64,000 nt of DNA from Camelus ferus (taxonomy: Eukaryota). The notes beneath the pieces are model-generated. The model made no database searches and had not been told where the DNA came from. It saw only the letters and a list, made by a program, of their open reading frames with translations. Below are positions 46,686 to 60,500 of the stretch, one piece after another (positions within the stretch are counted from its first letter, which is position 1; each line of letters opens with the position of its first letter). The translations under genes were made by a program, and so were the position numbers. The stretch is from contig NC_045724.1 of the NCBI RefSeq assembly GCF_009834535.1, positions 7,750,001-7,814,000 on the forward strand. The letters are read 5' to 3'.

Positions 46686-49600
46686 AAATGAGTTCTGATA
46701 GGCTGATACAGATTACCTAAGAAGGATAATGTGTTGAGGAGGATTCCAAGGCTTCATCTTGGCTGAGCTGTGATCAGTTACCGATACTTGCTGTGAGCTC
46801 AGGACAAGGGCTGTCAGGATATTTGCCGTTGCTGGTGATTGATGGAGAAATATCTCAGGTGGTTTCTTTATAGCAAATATCTGTTATTATGCATCTTATA
46901 CACATTATGCAGAATTATCTTCAATTAAAAACCACCTTTTCTTATAAAATTACATTTTTTTCCACATAAGAAAACCTGTGCCGGTAACTTGCCCAGGGCA
47001 GGAATTAATCAATATTTGTTAAGTGTCAGCCATGTTTTCCAAACTCAGTGCACAATCAATTAACCGCCACTGACTGATGTGATTGAATGAAATAATTCTG
47101 CCTATGCCTTCATGTGTATTTACCCCAACTAGCACGTTTCTAACCTAAAAAAGAAATATAACCAGTGCTTCACAACTTGGAGGTCATGCTAAACCGAAGG
47201 AGTAGCAAATACCAGTGAGGGACTTGAACCAGTTAAAAAAAAAAAACCTATGTGAAGATGGTTTTCATTTACTTTCAAGGAAAGTAATTCAAAGTATATA
47301 TTAAGCTGTAGGAGCAGTGATGAGGACAAGAATGTCAAAGCAGTTACAGTGATAATGGGATGTTAGTGAACCCCATGTGTGCAATGTGACCTCCAGTCGG
47401 GGAGAGCAGGACTCTTTTGTGTGGGAAACCTCATGGAGGAGAAAAGACCAGTCCTTCTCGCAGAATCTGGGCGCCAGGGCATCTAGAGTGCCAGGTCCAG
47501 ATTTTGCACTCAGATGCCCCATCTTCAGAAGAGGCTCATGTGAGTGGAATAAAAAGAGAAATGCACGTGAATAAGAATGGTTCATAATAACCAACGTTGA
47601 TCAAGGTCTTTTTATGTGTTGGGCACTACTTTAGTGACTTTATGTTTAATTTAGTTCTTATACAAAGCCCATGAGGTGGCTACTAATACTTCAAGGAACT
47701 AGGGATTGATTTACGAGTAGAAATACAAGGAGAGCATCATGCATAGCTTGATTGAGAAGGATCAAGGAAGAGATCAGTGTTGTTCACCCAGGAATACACT
47801 GTAATTATTTAAGACCAAACCAGGGTCACTTGTATTTGACTTAGAACATGGCGAAGAGATGTGCTTCAGGAACTCAGACTGCATGCTGAAGACGGCATTA
47901 TAATGGTAGTGGGCTGGTCCAGATTGGTTCTCAGGGTCGTGCCCTTTTGAGATGCTGGACTGTGTTAGCATGAATGGAATGGGCAGCCTCTGTGGGTGTT
48001 GAGTTTTCCTCCAGTAGCAATCCCACATAGAATATTCCCCCACCCCAGCTCCCCGGCAGGAAATGCTAGAGGAGACACAGGTACAGGAGAGATTTCTTTG
48101 AGGTGATACCCCATGATCTTTCTAACCCTTAGGGGTTATACACCTTTAGATTTGAATATCTCCAACTCTGGACATTTTATTAAAAAGTTTCCATTTCTTC
48201 TTTCTCTCTTTCTCTTTGATGCTTCCTTCCTTAAAAAGAATTAGATTACAGTGCTGAGCACAGGAGTGGGAGCATGTTAGACAGATGCACTATTGACATC
48301 TCTTCCATCTGTATGATTTTTTGTGGCCAATGAGTTACTGGAAAGAGACAGAATGTTACAGAAGAAAAGCTGGCTGGAACATTATCTTAGTAATGGTGGC
48401 AAAGGAAAGAAAGCAAGTAACAGAGGATCTCTTATAAATCCACTCATTTCTAGCAGCTCTTCTGTCACCCTACATCCTCACATGCCTGATCATCCTTCTG
48501 CCTGGAAACTTCATGAGGAACTCAGAACATATCTTAAACAAAGCTACCATGCTGAACTCTGTGACAGAATACTCTTGCCCAACAGTCTGGGAAAATGGCC
48601 AAGATGATTACAAGGATGAGGACAAGACTTCTTGTCAGGACTTGTAGAATTTGTGTCATCCAGTGTGATGAAAGGCAAGGCAAAGATGATGCTTGAAGCC
48701 CAGTTCCCTTCCTCAGGGAAGCTCTGGGTTGTTCTGGGCCAATGTCTGAATGTCCTTAGATAATGTCTAATTCACTGCTGTCCGAGAGATACTAGATTGT
48801 GGAGGGGACTCTGAAGAGAGATTTCAGTGATAGAAGAAGAATGAGCACCCGTGATTAGGAGCAGAGGAAGTCACGCAGCACGTAGGCGGTAGAACATGGG
48901 CTAAGAATGTAAATGCTTCTCCCCTCCTTGAACGTTTTCTCTCCAGTGTCCCAGCATCTGCTAGTTAACTGACCAAATGAAGGGCTGTGGTTCCCTCTCA
49001 TGATTATGACTTGCGATATTCTCTCATGAAGCTACAGAGAAATTAACATCAGGTGGCATTCGTTCCACACTTTCATAGCGATTTGAGCTCAAGTTTCTGT
49101 AAAATGAAAGAGTGATTGAACAAACATATGAGACTCCTAAATGACTAAAGGGATAGATTCGATACTAACAGGAACTGAGTAATGGAAAGGGGAAGGAAGG
49201 GGCAGCAGAGAGCTGCCTCCTGCCAAGTGACATGAAATATAGAATCCAGTAAGAAGACAACTGGCTACTGAAATTATTTTGGAAATGCTTATCAGCCCCC
49301 AAGCACACACTGGGATCTCTTCCCTTCTGCCATGTGGACCTCTAAGCATTTGAGATCATATCTTCAAAGAAATTAAAAAAAAACCCTGTTGATTGACTTT
49401 TAGGACTGACTCTCTGACTGCTAGTGGAGAGACTAAGTGTGACCTTGGGCTGTTTGTCAAGGCTCTGATGTCTTCCTGTGCTTCAGGTGCCGATTGGCAA
49501 AGCTTGCTGCTCTGAAGGAGAGAATTCTATAAGAAGAATCAGAATAGCTAAGAAATTCAATTTTGCCAATAAAGGTGCTTCCATTCCTGGCATTTTCCCT

Positions 49601-50100
49601 CTGGGGTTCTTGCATATTTCAGGAGCGCTCTAGTGACTTGAACACTGGGAATAAAATCCGATCTCCCCGAGGTCTTCAGCATCTTCCCCAGTGATCTCAG
49701 TCCTATGCCTGAGTCTTTCTGCCTTTTCCTTCCTTCCTGCTGCTCCTTCATCTGCAGGCTTAACGTGACCTGGAGATTTTCCTTTTAGGAAAACTGAGCT
49801 TGTCTACACCCGGGGGTGTGCAAAGTGTCAGGGCTTCTGGGGGCAGAGCTAAGTGCCGATGGATGCCCGTCTGCTGCCTGAGCCAGGACCGGCCCTGCGA
49901 CAGTTGCACTTTAACAGAAGCTGTCTGAAGAGTTTGCTGTGCTCATTTCCAGATTGTTCTTTAGGCCCAGGAGTGCTTCTTCATTCTTCAAATTCTAAAT
50001 GCAACGTGCTAGGGAAGTTCCCTGTTTCCCAGCCTCTGTTTTGTCTCTGGTGCTAGAGAATTCTCTACAACCCCCTTCAACCAGGAATCTAGATTCTTTT

Positions 50101-50280
50101 TCTTCCTTTCTTCCCCCCTCTCCTTCCTCCCCTCTCTCCCTCCTTCCCCCCTCCACCTCCTTCCCCCTCCCTCTCCCCCTCCTTCCCCCTCCCTCTCCCC
50201 CTCCTTCCCCCTCCCTCTCCCCCTCCTTCCCCCTCCCTCTCCCCCTCCTTCCCCCCCTTCCTTCCTCTTTCTTTCTTCCT
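50101..50280. repeat. Polypyrimidine/polypurine tract with 22-bp tandem repeat
   Basis: four perfect copies of TTCCCCCTCCCTCTCCCCCTCC at 50161-50248 plus degenerate flanks. Confidence 0.95.
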
Positions 50281-51435
50281 TTCTTATAGTCCATGTTTGA
50301 TATTAGCTCTTCAGACCTAATCTGTACCCTTGAAAACGTGTGCCCTTTCACCGATGTCTCCCGATTTCCTCCCCAGATAAGAATCTAGTTTCTTATCCTA
50401 TTTTTAGTTGTTAAGTTTCAAACTGGATTAATGTCTCCTACAGCCTCTAAATTTAGCCAGGTTTCCAAGTGGAAACCTGACACTAATTCTATGACACAGG
50501 TAACTGACAGGCAACGGCTGGGGTGGGAGGCAGCTTCTGTGGCAAACACTGAAAGGCTGAGAAGAAAAATAATGGTTTGGCACCTGGGGGCTCTTCTAAG
50601 GTGAGGAAGGAGCTTGTGATTCTTGAAACGAAACCACTGATTCTCCAAAAAAGTCCAGTGAATTCATTTCTGCTGAGAGTCCATAGAATTTTTTTTTAAA
50701 GAATTGATGCAATTTTCAAAAACCCGAAAGACTTCTTTTTGTTTGTTTCTTTTCTTTTTTCTTTCATCATCCTTCCTCCTTTTCCCTCTTCCCTTTTTTT
50801 TCCCTCTTGCCAATATTTCCTAATGAGAAGAATCCAAGGAAAGTTATTTCTTCATTGAAAAGTAGAGGATCTGCACAAATTCTCCATTACATTTTATGAT
50901 GCTCTGGGTGCTTGGTTTATACCACACTGCTGTTTTATGATGACTATCAAGGACTATGGGTACAGGCATTAGGAAAAATTGCCTTTTACGTTTATTCATT
51001 TCATAGTTCTGTCATCCACTGCCTTGGCTTCCACATTTAATAGGCAAGAAATAGAACTTGGAAAGATGTGGTGTTCCAGGCATTTAAAACTCAATGCGGC
51101 CACTCAGGGGACTCTAAGCCTGTCTCTGACATCAGAGGCCTTGCCTCTGACACTCTCGTGCCCCAGAGAACCCAGCCTAGTGTCTCACCCAGAGCGATGC
51201 TCACTCAACTCTGTGGAGATGGAGGATATTAGTCTGAACTGGCAGTCGCCCTCAGTCTACTGTGACTTTTTGGAAGGAAGAAACTGTGTCTTTAAAAAAG
51301 AAAAACAGACCAAAGCTTTTGGTCCCCCACAGTAGACATTATTTAGCATAATAATTAAACTATAGTACATGATTTGTGCTAAGTGGTGACAGAGTTGATT
51401 TTTAGGTGTATATGCAACTCCTGGCTTTGCAGAAT

Positions 51436-51472
51436 ACACACACACACACACGCACACACACACACATACACG
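51436..51472. repeat. (CA)n microsatellite, imperfect
   Basis: direct reading. Confidence 0.9.
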
Positions 51473-51616
51473 CATAGAGTGGTAGGTCATCTGTTTATTC
51501 TGCTATAATTTTAGAAAAGGGATAAAGGGACACTAAGATAGTTACAGCTTGGGCTGTAACCATCTAAATGTGCCCAGCCAGCTTGGGCATTATTTTAGTT
51601 ATCATCCCATGTTTTA

Positions 51617-51789
51617 TTTTTTTTAATTTTAATTTTAATTTTAATTTTAATTTTTATTGAGTTATAGTCGGTTTACGATGTTGTGTCTATTTCTGGTGTG
51701 CAGCACAGTTTTTCAGTCATACATGAATGTACATATATTCGTTTTCATATTCTTTTTCACCGTGAGCTGGTACAAGATCTTGAATGTAT
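51617..51789 (-). mobile_element. Short L1 3' stub with 13-bp TSD
   Basis: ATCCCATGTTTTA at 51604-51616 and 51790-51802; patterned (ttttaa)n tail. Confidence 0.85.
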
Positions 51790-52550
51790 ATCCCATGTTT
51801 TAGAATTCAGTGACTGTTGTTATTGGCTTTTCCCTGTAGAATGCTCCAGAAATCTCCCAGCTGCGAATGCTAGCATGTGAGCTTCTGCATCGCGTGAGCT
51901 CTGCGTGCAGAGCCCTGTGTGGACAACGTGTGTGACGACGCGGCAGGGCAGCGGGAAGAGCAGACACGGGGTAGACAATCACAGGACAGCTCTTTGGCTT
52001 CTGGAACCGACCATCTCGCCGGCTGAATAGAAAACGCCTGCAAACCCATCATGACTTCCCACCTGCCCATGTGTGTGTGGCTGTTGACTTGTTCTTAGCT
52101 CATCAATATCCCCAAAGAGGCTGTTAGAATTTGTTTTCCTGGAGCATCGAAAGATAAACTATTTTTTCCAAAAAGGAACTGATATCTGCAGATTCCCGTC
52201 TGCATGGCTGTATTTTGTACACACGTGTGCACACCCGTGGTTTTCCTTGGTCAGGGTGGGTCCCCTTTGGCCTTGCCTGAGGTTTGTCACATTATTTCAC
52301 ACGAATGGTGACGACTAAAAATACCAGGTTTTCCCCCCAGCTCCTGGCAGCCTGGCAGCTTTCAGCAGGTGTGGTTTCAATTTATATTTAGCCCCTTGGC
52401 CCCTCTTAGCAGGATCATTCTCACCACTAGGTGAGCGAGGGTGGAGGGGCCGCGCTGCAAACCCCCTTCCTGAACACGATCTCCAGGAACCACTTCTAAG
52501 GAAGTGGGATGAAGGCAGCACGTATTTTCTTTTCTTCCCCCTTTAAAAAA

Positions 52551-52686
52551 TTCTTTGTTTTTGGGAGGGTGGAGAAGGGAGGTAATTATAGGTTCTTATT
52601 TGTTCATTCTTTAATGGAGGTACTGGGGATTGAACCCAGGACCTTATACATGCTAAACGTGCACTCTACCCATGAGTGATACCCTC
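52551..52686 (-). mobile_element. tRNA-derived SINE (camelid Vic-1-like)
   Basis: ggaggtaattatagg...ggaggtactggggattgaacccaggacc...gcactctacc. Confidence 0.88.
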
Positions 52687-52889
52687 TTTCCATGTGTAGA
52701 ATTTTCTACCAGCAAGTTCAAACCTCTTGTAGACAAAGCCCAGTTGATCTCAGCACACTTTCTCTTTGGAGGAAGGTAGGGCATCCTATTTACAGGGAGG
52801 GAAACTGGGACAGGAGTGAATTTACTTTCTTGAGGTGGTGGGGAGCTTTTGATAGACAGGAATAAATGCCTCCAACAGGCCACCAACTT

Positions 52890-53265
52890 CATTTTTTTTA
52901 AATTGAAGTATAGTCAATTTACAATGTATTAGTCTCTGGTGTACAGCATAGTGATTCAGTTATACACACACACATATGTATGTTCTTTTTCATTATAGTT
53001 ACTACAAGATATTGAACATAGTTCCCTGTGCTATACAGTAGGACTTTGTTTATCTCTTTTATATATAACAGTTTGTATCTGCAAATCCCGAACTCCCATT
53101 TTATCCCTCCCCACCCATTTCCCTCCCTGGTAACCATAAATTGGCTTTCTATGTCTGTGAGTCTGTTTCTGTTTTGTAAATAAGTTCATTTGTCTTTTTT
53201 TTTAGATTCCACACATAGGTGATATCATATGATATTTGTCTTTCTCTGTCTGACTTCCTTCATAT
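52890..53265 (-). mobile_element. L1 3' end running into N gap
   Basis: aattgaagtatagtcaatttacaatg ... gtctttctctgtctgactt. Confidence 0.9.
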
Positions 53266-53639
53266 NNNNNNNNNNNNNNNNNNNNNNNNNNNNNNNNNNN
53301 NNNNNNNNNNNNNNNNNNNNNNNNNNNNNNNNNNNNNNNNNNNNNNNNNNNNNNNNNNNNNNNNNNNNNNNNNNNNNNNNNNNNNNNNNNNNNNNNNNNN
53401 NNNNNNNNNNNNNNNNNNNNNNNNNNNNNNNNNNTGGTTACAGCCTCCTGCCTTCAGCTTGGGTACAGCAGGGCTGATTTTGATTCAGAGTGGGTTCCAG
53501 CTCACTGATTCTCCATCCAGCAATGGGAACAAGCTCTCCTTATGCCAACCTACTTCCCCTGAAGTCCCAGAAGAACCGTTGCATGTTGAGGCTTTTGCTG
53601 AACAAAATATAGGTATTTGATCCACGAGATCTGATTGCC

Positions 53640-54175
53640 AAGCTAGTGGGGCCTCTTGGTAGCTGTGTGGTCCCAGGAAATCTGAGATCCAGCTTCCTTA
53701 TGTGTAAAATGGGAATGCAATATTGATGACAGGACAGGGTTTTTATGAGGGTCAAATGGGATAATGCACCAGAAAGTGCTTTTCTGAGCACTCTTCCTGT
53801 GTTTCTACTTTGTTCTCCTTTATGATTTAGCAAAGAGTTTTACAGATATTGGCTTATGTCAGCACTACAGGGGACTGAGCTCACCTCCCCTGAATGAGCA
53901 GAGTGGTGGGAGCGGATGGGCTCAAAAGGAAGGTACCCAGCCAGTGCAGCTACAGTTCTTGGGAGGCAATGCAATGAAGTGACTGAAGATGTGGCTGGAG
54001 ATTCCTGCTCTACCGCTTGCTAGCCATATGACCTTTGTCAAGTTATTGAACACTTTCATGTCTCAGGTTCCTCATCCATGAAATGACAATAATAAAGATT
54101 TCCACTCAATAGGGTTTCTGCTGGGAAGATTAAATATATTGATACATGTAATCTGCTTAACACAGTACCATATAC
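53640..54175 (+). mobile_element. Two MIR fragments (about 53640-53790 and 53985-54175)
   Basis: cttccttatgtgtaaaatgggaat; tctcaggttcctcatccatgaaatg. Confidence 0.7.
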
Positions 54176-54199
54176 TAAATATTACGTCAACTTCCTCTT

Positions 54200-55950
54200 T
54201 TCACCAGGAAGCTCTACTTGGGATACTAAATTTTGGAGGTTCTGCATTTTACTTTGTTAAAGGAAATGATATTGTCTTAAATTCTTCATGCCCTGAAAAA
54301 TGTCCTAACCTCCCATTTGCCACTCTGATCCAGATTTTCTAGTCTCTGAATCATACGTTTCGTCTTATCACCAGGATTTCTTCCTCGGAGCACACTTTCA
54401 CCATGACGTTGGGTCCATTCTGTCTGTGGAACGTCACCTTTTTTCCTTACCCTTGGCTTTGTTCAGGGCGATCTCATACACTGTGCTTGTTTCTACCTCT
54501 GTGATTTCATTAAGGATATTTTCTTGCTTGGAAATTCTTTCATTCCCAACTCTTTCCCCACTCCCTGTCTCCCCTCCACAAACTCTACCTATTATTCCAG
54601 ATCTAAATTAATCCAACCACCTAGCTTTCAGCTATTTTTTTTTAACACCTTTATTATGATATGGTTCCTGTACAGTGAACTACACATATTACAAATGCGC
54701 AATTTGATGAATTTTGATAGATGAATGGAACCACAGAAACCACTACCACAATCAAGATAGCTAACATTTCCATCACTCTCCAAGAGGTACAATTTTTGAA
54801 TTCCCAGTTGACCCCTTCCCACCCTCCTTTACCCCATGGTAACCATAAGTTCGTGATGGGTTATCTTCACTAGATGGTTCACATGAACCTGGAACTCAGC
54901 ATATTTAGATCTGGGCTCTTTATCTTCCATTCCTCCCATTCATCATCTTAGAGTTTCTCTCTTATTGATGCCAGCCAAGGGTGTGAGTTGAGGATACCCA
55001 ACCATGACCTTATAGAGATTAAGAACACCCAAGAGAAATACATCATCACTGACCCTTCTCATATTTTATCCTTAATATCAATTGGCTGCCATGTTGTCTT
55101 GGTTCTACACCCTACGTAATTCTTTATTCCATTCTTCTTATTAGCTTTTGTCTCAACTACTGAAATAGACTTCTAATTATTTCCTTGCCTCCAATCTTGT
55201 TCTGCTCCTAACCAATTAAAATCATCTTTCTAATACACAAATGCAATTGCCCTCATCTCCTCTTTTGATGCTGTCAAGGTTTTCCGTCGTGTAAAGGTGA
55301 AATCTCCTTCCCTTTTGCATCTGGTTTCTGCCCCCATCCTTGCTCAGCTTGTACTCTGACTTTAGCCCATCAGTGAGCCACCACACCATTTCCTGCCTCT
55401 GTGCCTTTGTGCACTCGGTTCCTTTTATCTGGAAGACACCTCACTCATGAGTCTACTTGGAAAACACCTTCAAGATTCTCCTCAAATGTCCCCTTTTTTT
55501 GAGATGTTTCTTCTAGTTCCCATCATCATCTTAAGCATTATGTTTATCTAAGTTATCTATCTACAGATACATACCTATAGATGGGTATTTGTAGACATCT
55601 ATCCACAAATAGTTCAATCCTCAAAGTACTCACAGTAATATATATAGTATATGTATATTACTATACAAACACATACACACATTGAAAGTAAACCATTTTT
55701 TCACACTGCCTCCCTTACCAGTCTGAGCTCCCTGCAGGTGGGATTGTGGGTTAGTCACATCTGCCTCGTTTAGTGTGATGCTTCACATGCCATAGGTTGT
55801 CCATTAATCTTCACTGAATAAATTACAAAACAGAATAAATCATATTCTTTACAACTAGAGTGTAAAATCTACAAAGGTGAGCACCTTTTATATACACTCT
55901 TGCATCTCACTCATGTTTGGGACTTAATAGACAATCAGCAAATATCTATT
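54200..55950 (+). mobile_element. LINE2 fragments interrupted by antisense L1 pieces (about 54630-54850)
   Basis: ttccttgcctccaatctt ... tgcctctgtgcctttgtgcac ... ctcctcaaatgtccc; L1M piece aatttgatgaattttgatagatg...aacatttccatcact. Confidence 0.6.
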
Positions 55951-56980
55951 GACAATCTCCGCTGAACTCTGCCACACGGAAGTAGAGTCTGTTTTATATT
56001 GTTATTAACAGACGTTTTTATGCATACATGCCATGCGCTCGTAATTAAAGTTCCTTTCGGGTAAGGACAATATTTTATATATTGCTCTCCCCACAGTGAT
56101 TCATGTTTAATGAATGCCCATTAATTGAACAACCAGGTAGGAAAGCATGGATTATTTTTTCCCAGTTTGTATGGCTTTTTATTTCCTGGAGCAGTATCTG
56201 GTCTGTCCCATTAACGATTCCTAGTAAAGATACTGCTGACGCCTCTGGGAACAACCTTCATGGGGCCAGGCAACGGCTCTAAGCTCTTTCTACACATTCC
56301 AATGTGCTCGGGCAGGAATAACATATCTAGGTGTCTCAGATCACACACTCTTGAAAGCACCTGGCCACTGCCTTTTGCCAGGAAGTGGCACTCTCCAGGG
56401 CCTGTTCATTCCAGCCCGCAGGGCATTGAGTGATGTCTGGGCCTCCTGTCAAACTTGGGTGGCCGTTTTCAATTCTGCCCCAAGCAGCAGCACGCTCCTC
56501 TGTGTTTTCTTATCTGCCAAGCAAAAATGATAATTGCCTCTCATCTGACTCAATGAGTCATGATGAGGCTAAACAAGACTATTCAGTATGAAGGAAGCAC
56601 CAGTGGGAAGTGCTTGAACAGCATAAACGCTGAGTAGAAACCGGAAGATTCCTTCTCACTCGATATTAATACCTGCTGTGCCCCATCACTGAGTGATGAA
56701 AATTATAAATGATTAGGAAGTAGAGATCTGGTCCATCAGGCAAGGATAATCAGAGAATTATGAATATGAAACGCCTCTTTTTTTCTTCCGTCTTGATACA
56801 TTTTAATCCAATTACAGTATTTGTCATCTTCAAGGAGTATGTCTTTTATTAATAACAGGAAAGGAATGAATAGCTTATGTCCGGTTCCTCTATTTCTTCA
56901 CAAATGGGGCAGACAAGAGAGAGTCCCTGAACGAAATGATTGCCTGGATCAGAAGAGTTGCAGTCACATTTGGTCAGACA

Positions 56981-56994
56981 TTGCCCCCTGGTGG
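56981..56994 (-). promoter_or_regulatory. Candidate CTCF motif
   Basis: minus strand (GGA)CCACCAGGGGGCAA. Confidence 0.6.
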
Positions 56995-57064
56995 TCCAAA
57001 AAGATCTCACCTTTCCTCCAGAAAGGGAAACAAAAGACACATCCTAGCTTGAGGGTATCTGAGA

Positions 57065-57065
<1 letters not shown>

Positions 57066-57117
<52 letters not shown>

Positions 57118-57118
57118 G
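57066..57118. repeat. compound (CT)n(CA)n microsatellite
   Basis: direct reading. Confidence 0.95.
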
Positions 57119-57539
57119 CAACTTCTTTCCCTACTGTCTTCCCTCCTCCACCATGTTATTGACACCATCATCAATCCCGTGAACACTTTCAGAATTCCAG
57201 TGCAAGCTTACTTGTTCAGCTTGACAGGTAAGGAAGCATTTATTGAGCACCTACTCTGTGCCAGGCATTTGCTACCACCTCAGGTAAGAATTTTTGGACA
57301 ACTTCCTCTTATTTATCCCTGGATTCTAACAGAGCATGACTCTCAACATGTCATGGTAATTTCCCCAAGTTGGATGAATGTGCGCATATGTACGTTTATA
57401 CCTGTGTGTCATCACACTCCCCGCACAATCACGTCAGATCCCTGAAAGCAAGAATCTCATGTATTTTGCTCAATAGTTAGCACCTGGCCAAGTATTTGGC
57501 ACTTAATCATCCATCAGTAATGTTTTGGGGGTAGGTGGG

Positions 57540-60500
57540 TAAAACACAAAGAACTCATTTCAACTGCAATGTGATGATTGTTGAGAGGAGCCAACGCAGG
57601 GAGTAAGAGGAACTGGACATAACATCAGAGAGGAGAGCTGGCCAACAGCGGCAAGTGGGAAGGGATGGAGACGTATTCCAGACAGGTTCCTAAAGGAACC
57701 AGCGGGTGCGGGAGCTGCAGAAGGAGGCAGGTAGCCCATAGAGAGAACAGCGTGCGCAAAAGCATGGACCTGACAAAGGGCATAGCGGGTATGAGCTGTG
57801 ATGATCGATTCAGTGATGTCAGAGGGCACCATGTTCAAGGCCATCCAGTGGGCAATGGGCCGCCATTGTCAGAGCAGGAGGTGACTACCTTTGTCTTCTA
57901 GGAGGATCATTCTGGATGGCCTCGGAGGTGAGGACCTGGTTGTCTGTTCATTTATAAATGAAGGGCCTGGTGTGCGGTAGTCGCTCGGTAAGTGCTGAAG
58001 GCAAGGACGAATCAGTGAGAGCCGGCGGAGAAGGACAATCATGAGGGTGGTTGATGGAAGTAGAAAATAAGTGAAGGGAATGGGCACATGTCTGTGAATA
58101 GAAGAAAGAGCAAAAGATGGAGAATGGATGTGACAGTTTTCTCGGATTGTGTGAACTCCACGGTGGACCTGCAGTGAATGTTGGCTGAATGACTCAGTGA
58201 ACAGTAGGGCTTGTTACCAGAGGACAGTGAGCTGAGTCTGCTGCAGTGAATTCTACAGATTGTGCAGAGTTTCCTCCCATGTTTATCATGGGCCAGGTGT
58301 TGTGCCGGTTGAATTAATCAAGTCCTACCTTTGTTCTTTGTTCTTTGTTTGATGCACTTCTCATTCTGTTATGTCTTCATTATATACGCCATTGAAAGAC
58401 CTAGACCGCTAATTTGTTTAGATGTAACCTACATTTCATAAGATTTCAACTGCGAAATGAGTAGAGAAAAACCCCTTGAAACTTGGATATCACGCCTAGA
58501 AATGGACCCCTATGAAAAGTTCAGGAGCTCTGTTCCGGGTGTGTGGCCATGGAAATTATCTTTTGGTTTATTCGTAGGGTAGGATTTTCCCGTAAACTCA
58601 TAAATAGAGTAAAACCCACTTTGCAGTAATTTTCCTTACATGTTTTTCTCTTTGTGGAGACTAGTTGAAATTCTGGAGGTTTTTTTTTTTTTTTAAATAA
58701 ATAAATTACTTGAGAGTGAATTTCACTGCACTGCAAGACCTTTCTAGTTTTTATTGCAGCTTCTGGAGGACCTGAAAATTTAAGAACTTAGCACAATTGG
58801 TCAGTAGTTGGTGGGAAAAATGGAATAGAATTGTTTTTAGTGGGGGAAATAATAGCATGTCTTTATGCTGATGCTGTGGAAAGAAAAAATGATGAAATGG
58901 GAGAGAATTCCTGGAGCAATCTATCTGAGTGGGTGAGAGGAGGTGGGATCCAGTGCACGAATGGAAGACTGGCTTTGGAACGCTCATCTGTAGTAACAGA
59001 CAGGAAGGCAGAACATAAGGGTGGGAGGTGGATGGATAGGTTGGTGGGAGTCTTGGAAATTATCTTCTAATTACTTTATTTGCTCAGTGAAGGAGGCTCA
59101 TAAGCTGAGTGTGAGGATAGAGGGGGAGGTGTTAGAAGTTTGAGGAGGTTTTAAGCGAGCATAAGAATAAAACTAGAGAACTGAAGTATGATTTCTGGGA
59201 AAAATTAAGGGCTGCCTTGGAGCTCATGTTCATGAATTTAAAGAAAGACCAGTGAGAACAGCTGTGAGATTTTTTACAGCTGTATTCATCTGCATGGGTA
59301 CAGACATGGACTAGATGGAGAGTAGGGTAATGGGTTTGGCCAACTGAGAATGAGGCACTAAGGGAGGGAGTTGCAGAGATGTATAAGGGAGAAACTGCAA
59401 TAATTGCCCCTGGAAAATAAGCTGGTAAGGAGGGGAGGAATGACTGAGGTGGGCGAGGAATGTGTAAAGTTCTATCAACAAACTGGGGTCTCCATGTGAT
59501 TGAAGACTAGGAGTCAAGGTACCAAAGGGATTCGGCTGGAAAGACGGAGATAGTGATCAAAGAGTGGGATGATGGAATGGAAATAGTGGAAAGATTATTA
59601 TTACTGATAACAATAAGGTCTAGGGAACAACCAGGAGACTGAGTGACTGAGGAGAAGCAGAGAAGCAAGATCACCAGAGAAAGGGACGTCAAGGAACTCA
59701 GAGCAGAATGTGGAAGCTTCATCCATGCGGGTATTATTATTATTAATACAGAAACAGAGTTGAAGAGAGTGACAGTGATCCAAGAACTAAACATCAGACA
59801 AATATGAGAATGTGACCTGGGGGTTGCTGGTGAACCCCAACAATGAAGACAAGAGGCTGGATAGTCTGGTGACATAAGGTTCAAGAGTNNNNNNNNNNNN
59901 NNNNNNNNNNNNNNNNNNNNNNNNNNNNNNNNNNNNNNNNNNNNNNNNNNNNNNNNNNNNNNNNNNNNNNNNNNNNNNNNNNNNNNNNNNNNNNNNNNNN
60001 NNNNNNNNNNNNNNNNNNNNATAGAGTTGCCATATAATCCAGCAATCCCACTCCTGGGCATTGATCTGGAGAAGACTCTAATTTGAAAAAATACATGCAC
60101 TCCAATGTTCAGAGCAGCATTAATTACAATGGCCAAGACATGGAAGCAACCTAAATGCCCATTGACAGATGACTGGATAAAGAATCTGTGGCATATGTAT
60201 GTATATATACTACTCAGCCATAGAAAAGAATGAAATGATGCCATTTGCAGCAACATGGATGGACCTAGAGGTTATCAGACTAAGTGAAGTAAGTCAGACG
60301 GAGAAAGACAAGTATCATACAATATCCTTTATATGTGGAATCTGAAAAAAATGAATCTAAAAGACAAATGAACTTACTTACAAAACAGAAGTAGACTCAC
60401 AGACATAGAAAGCAAACCAAAGGTTACTAAAGGGGAGAGGGGTGGAGGGATAAATTAGGAATTTGGGATTAAGAGATAAACACTACTAGATATAAAATAG

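Noticed and set aside
49995-50351. Gly/Arg/Glu-rich and Pro/Ser/Leu-rich ORFs
   Set aside because: Translations of the 22-bp polypurine repeat
12515-58820. Isolated GTGGGAA matches (e.g. 12516, 21778, 32845, 47421)
   Set aside because: A 7-mer is expected roughly 8 times on two strands of 64 kb, so single matches are not informative
59507-60256. 249-aa minus-strand ORF
   Set aside because: Chimera of antisense L1, N gap and decayed L2; not a gene
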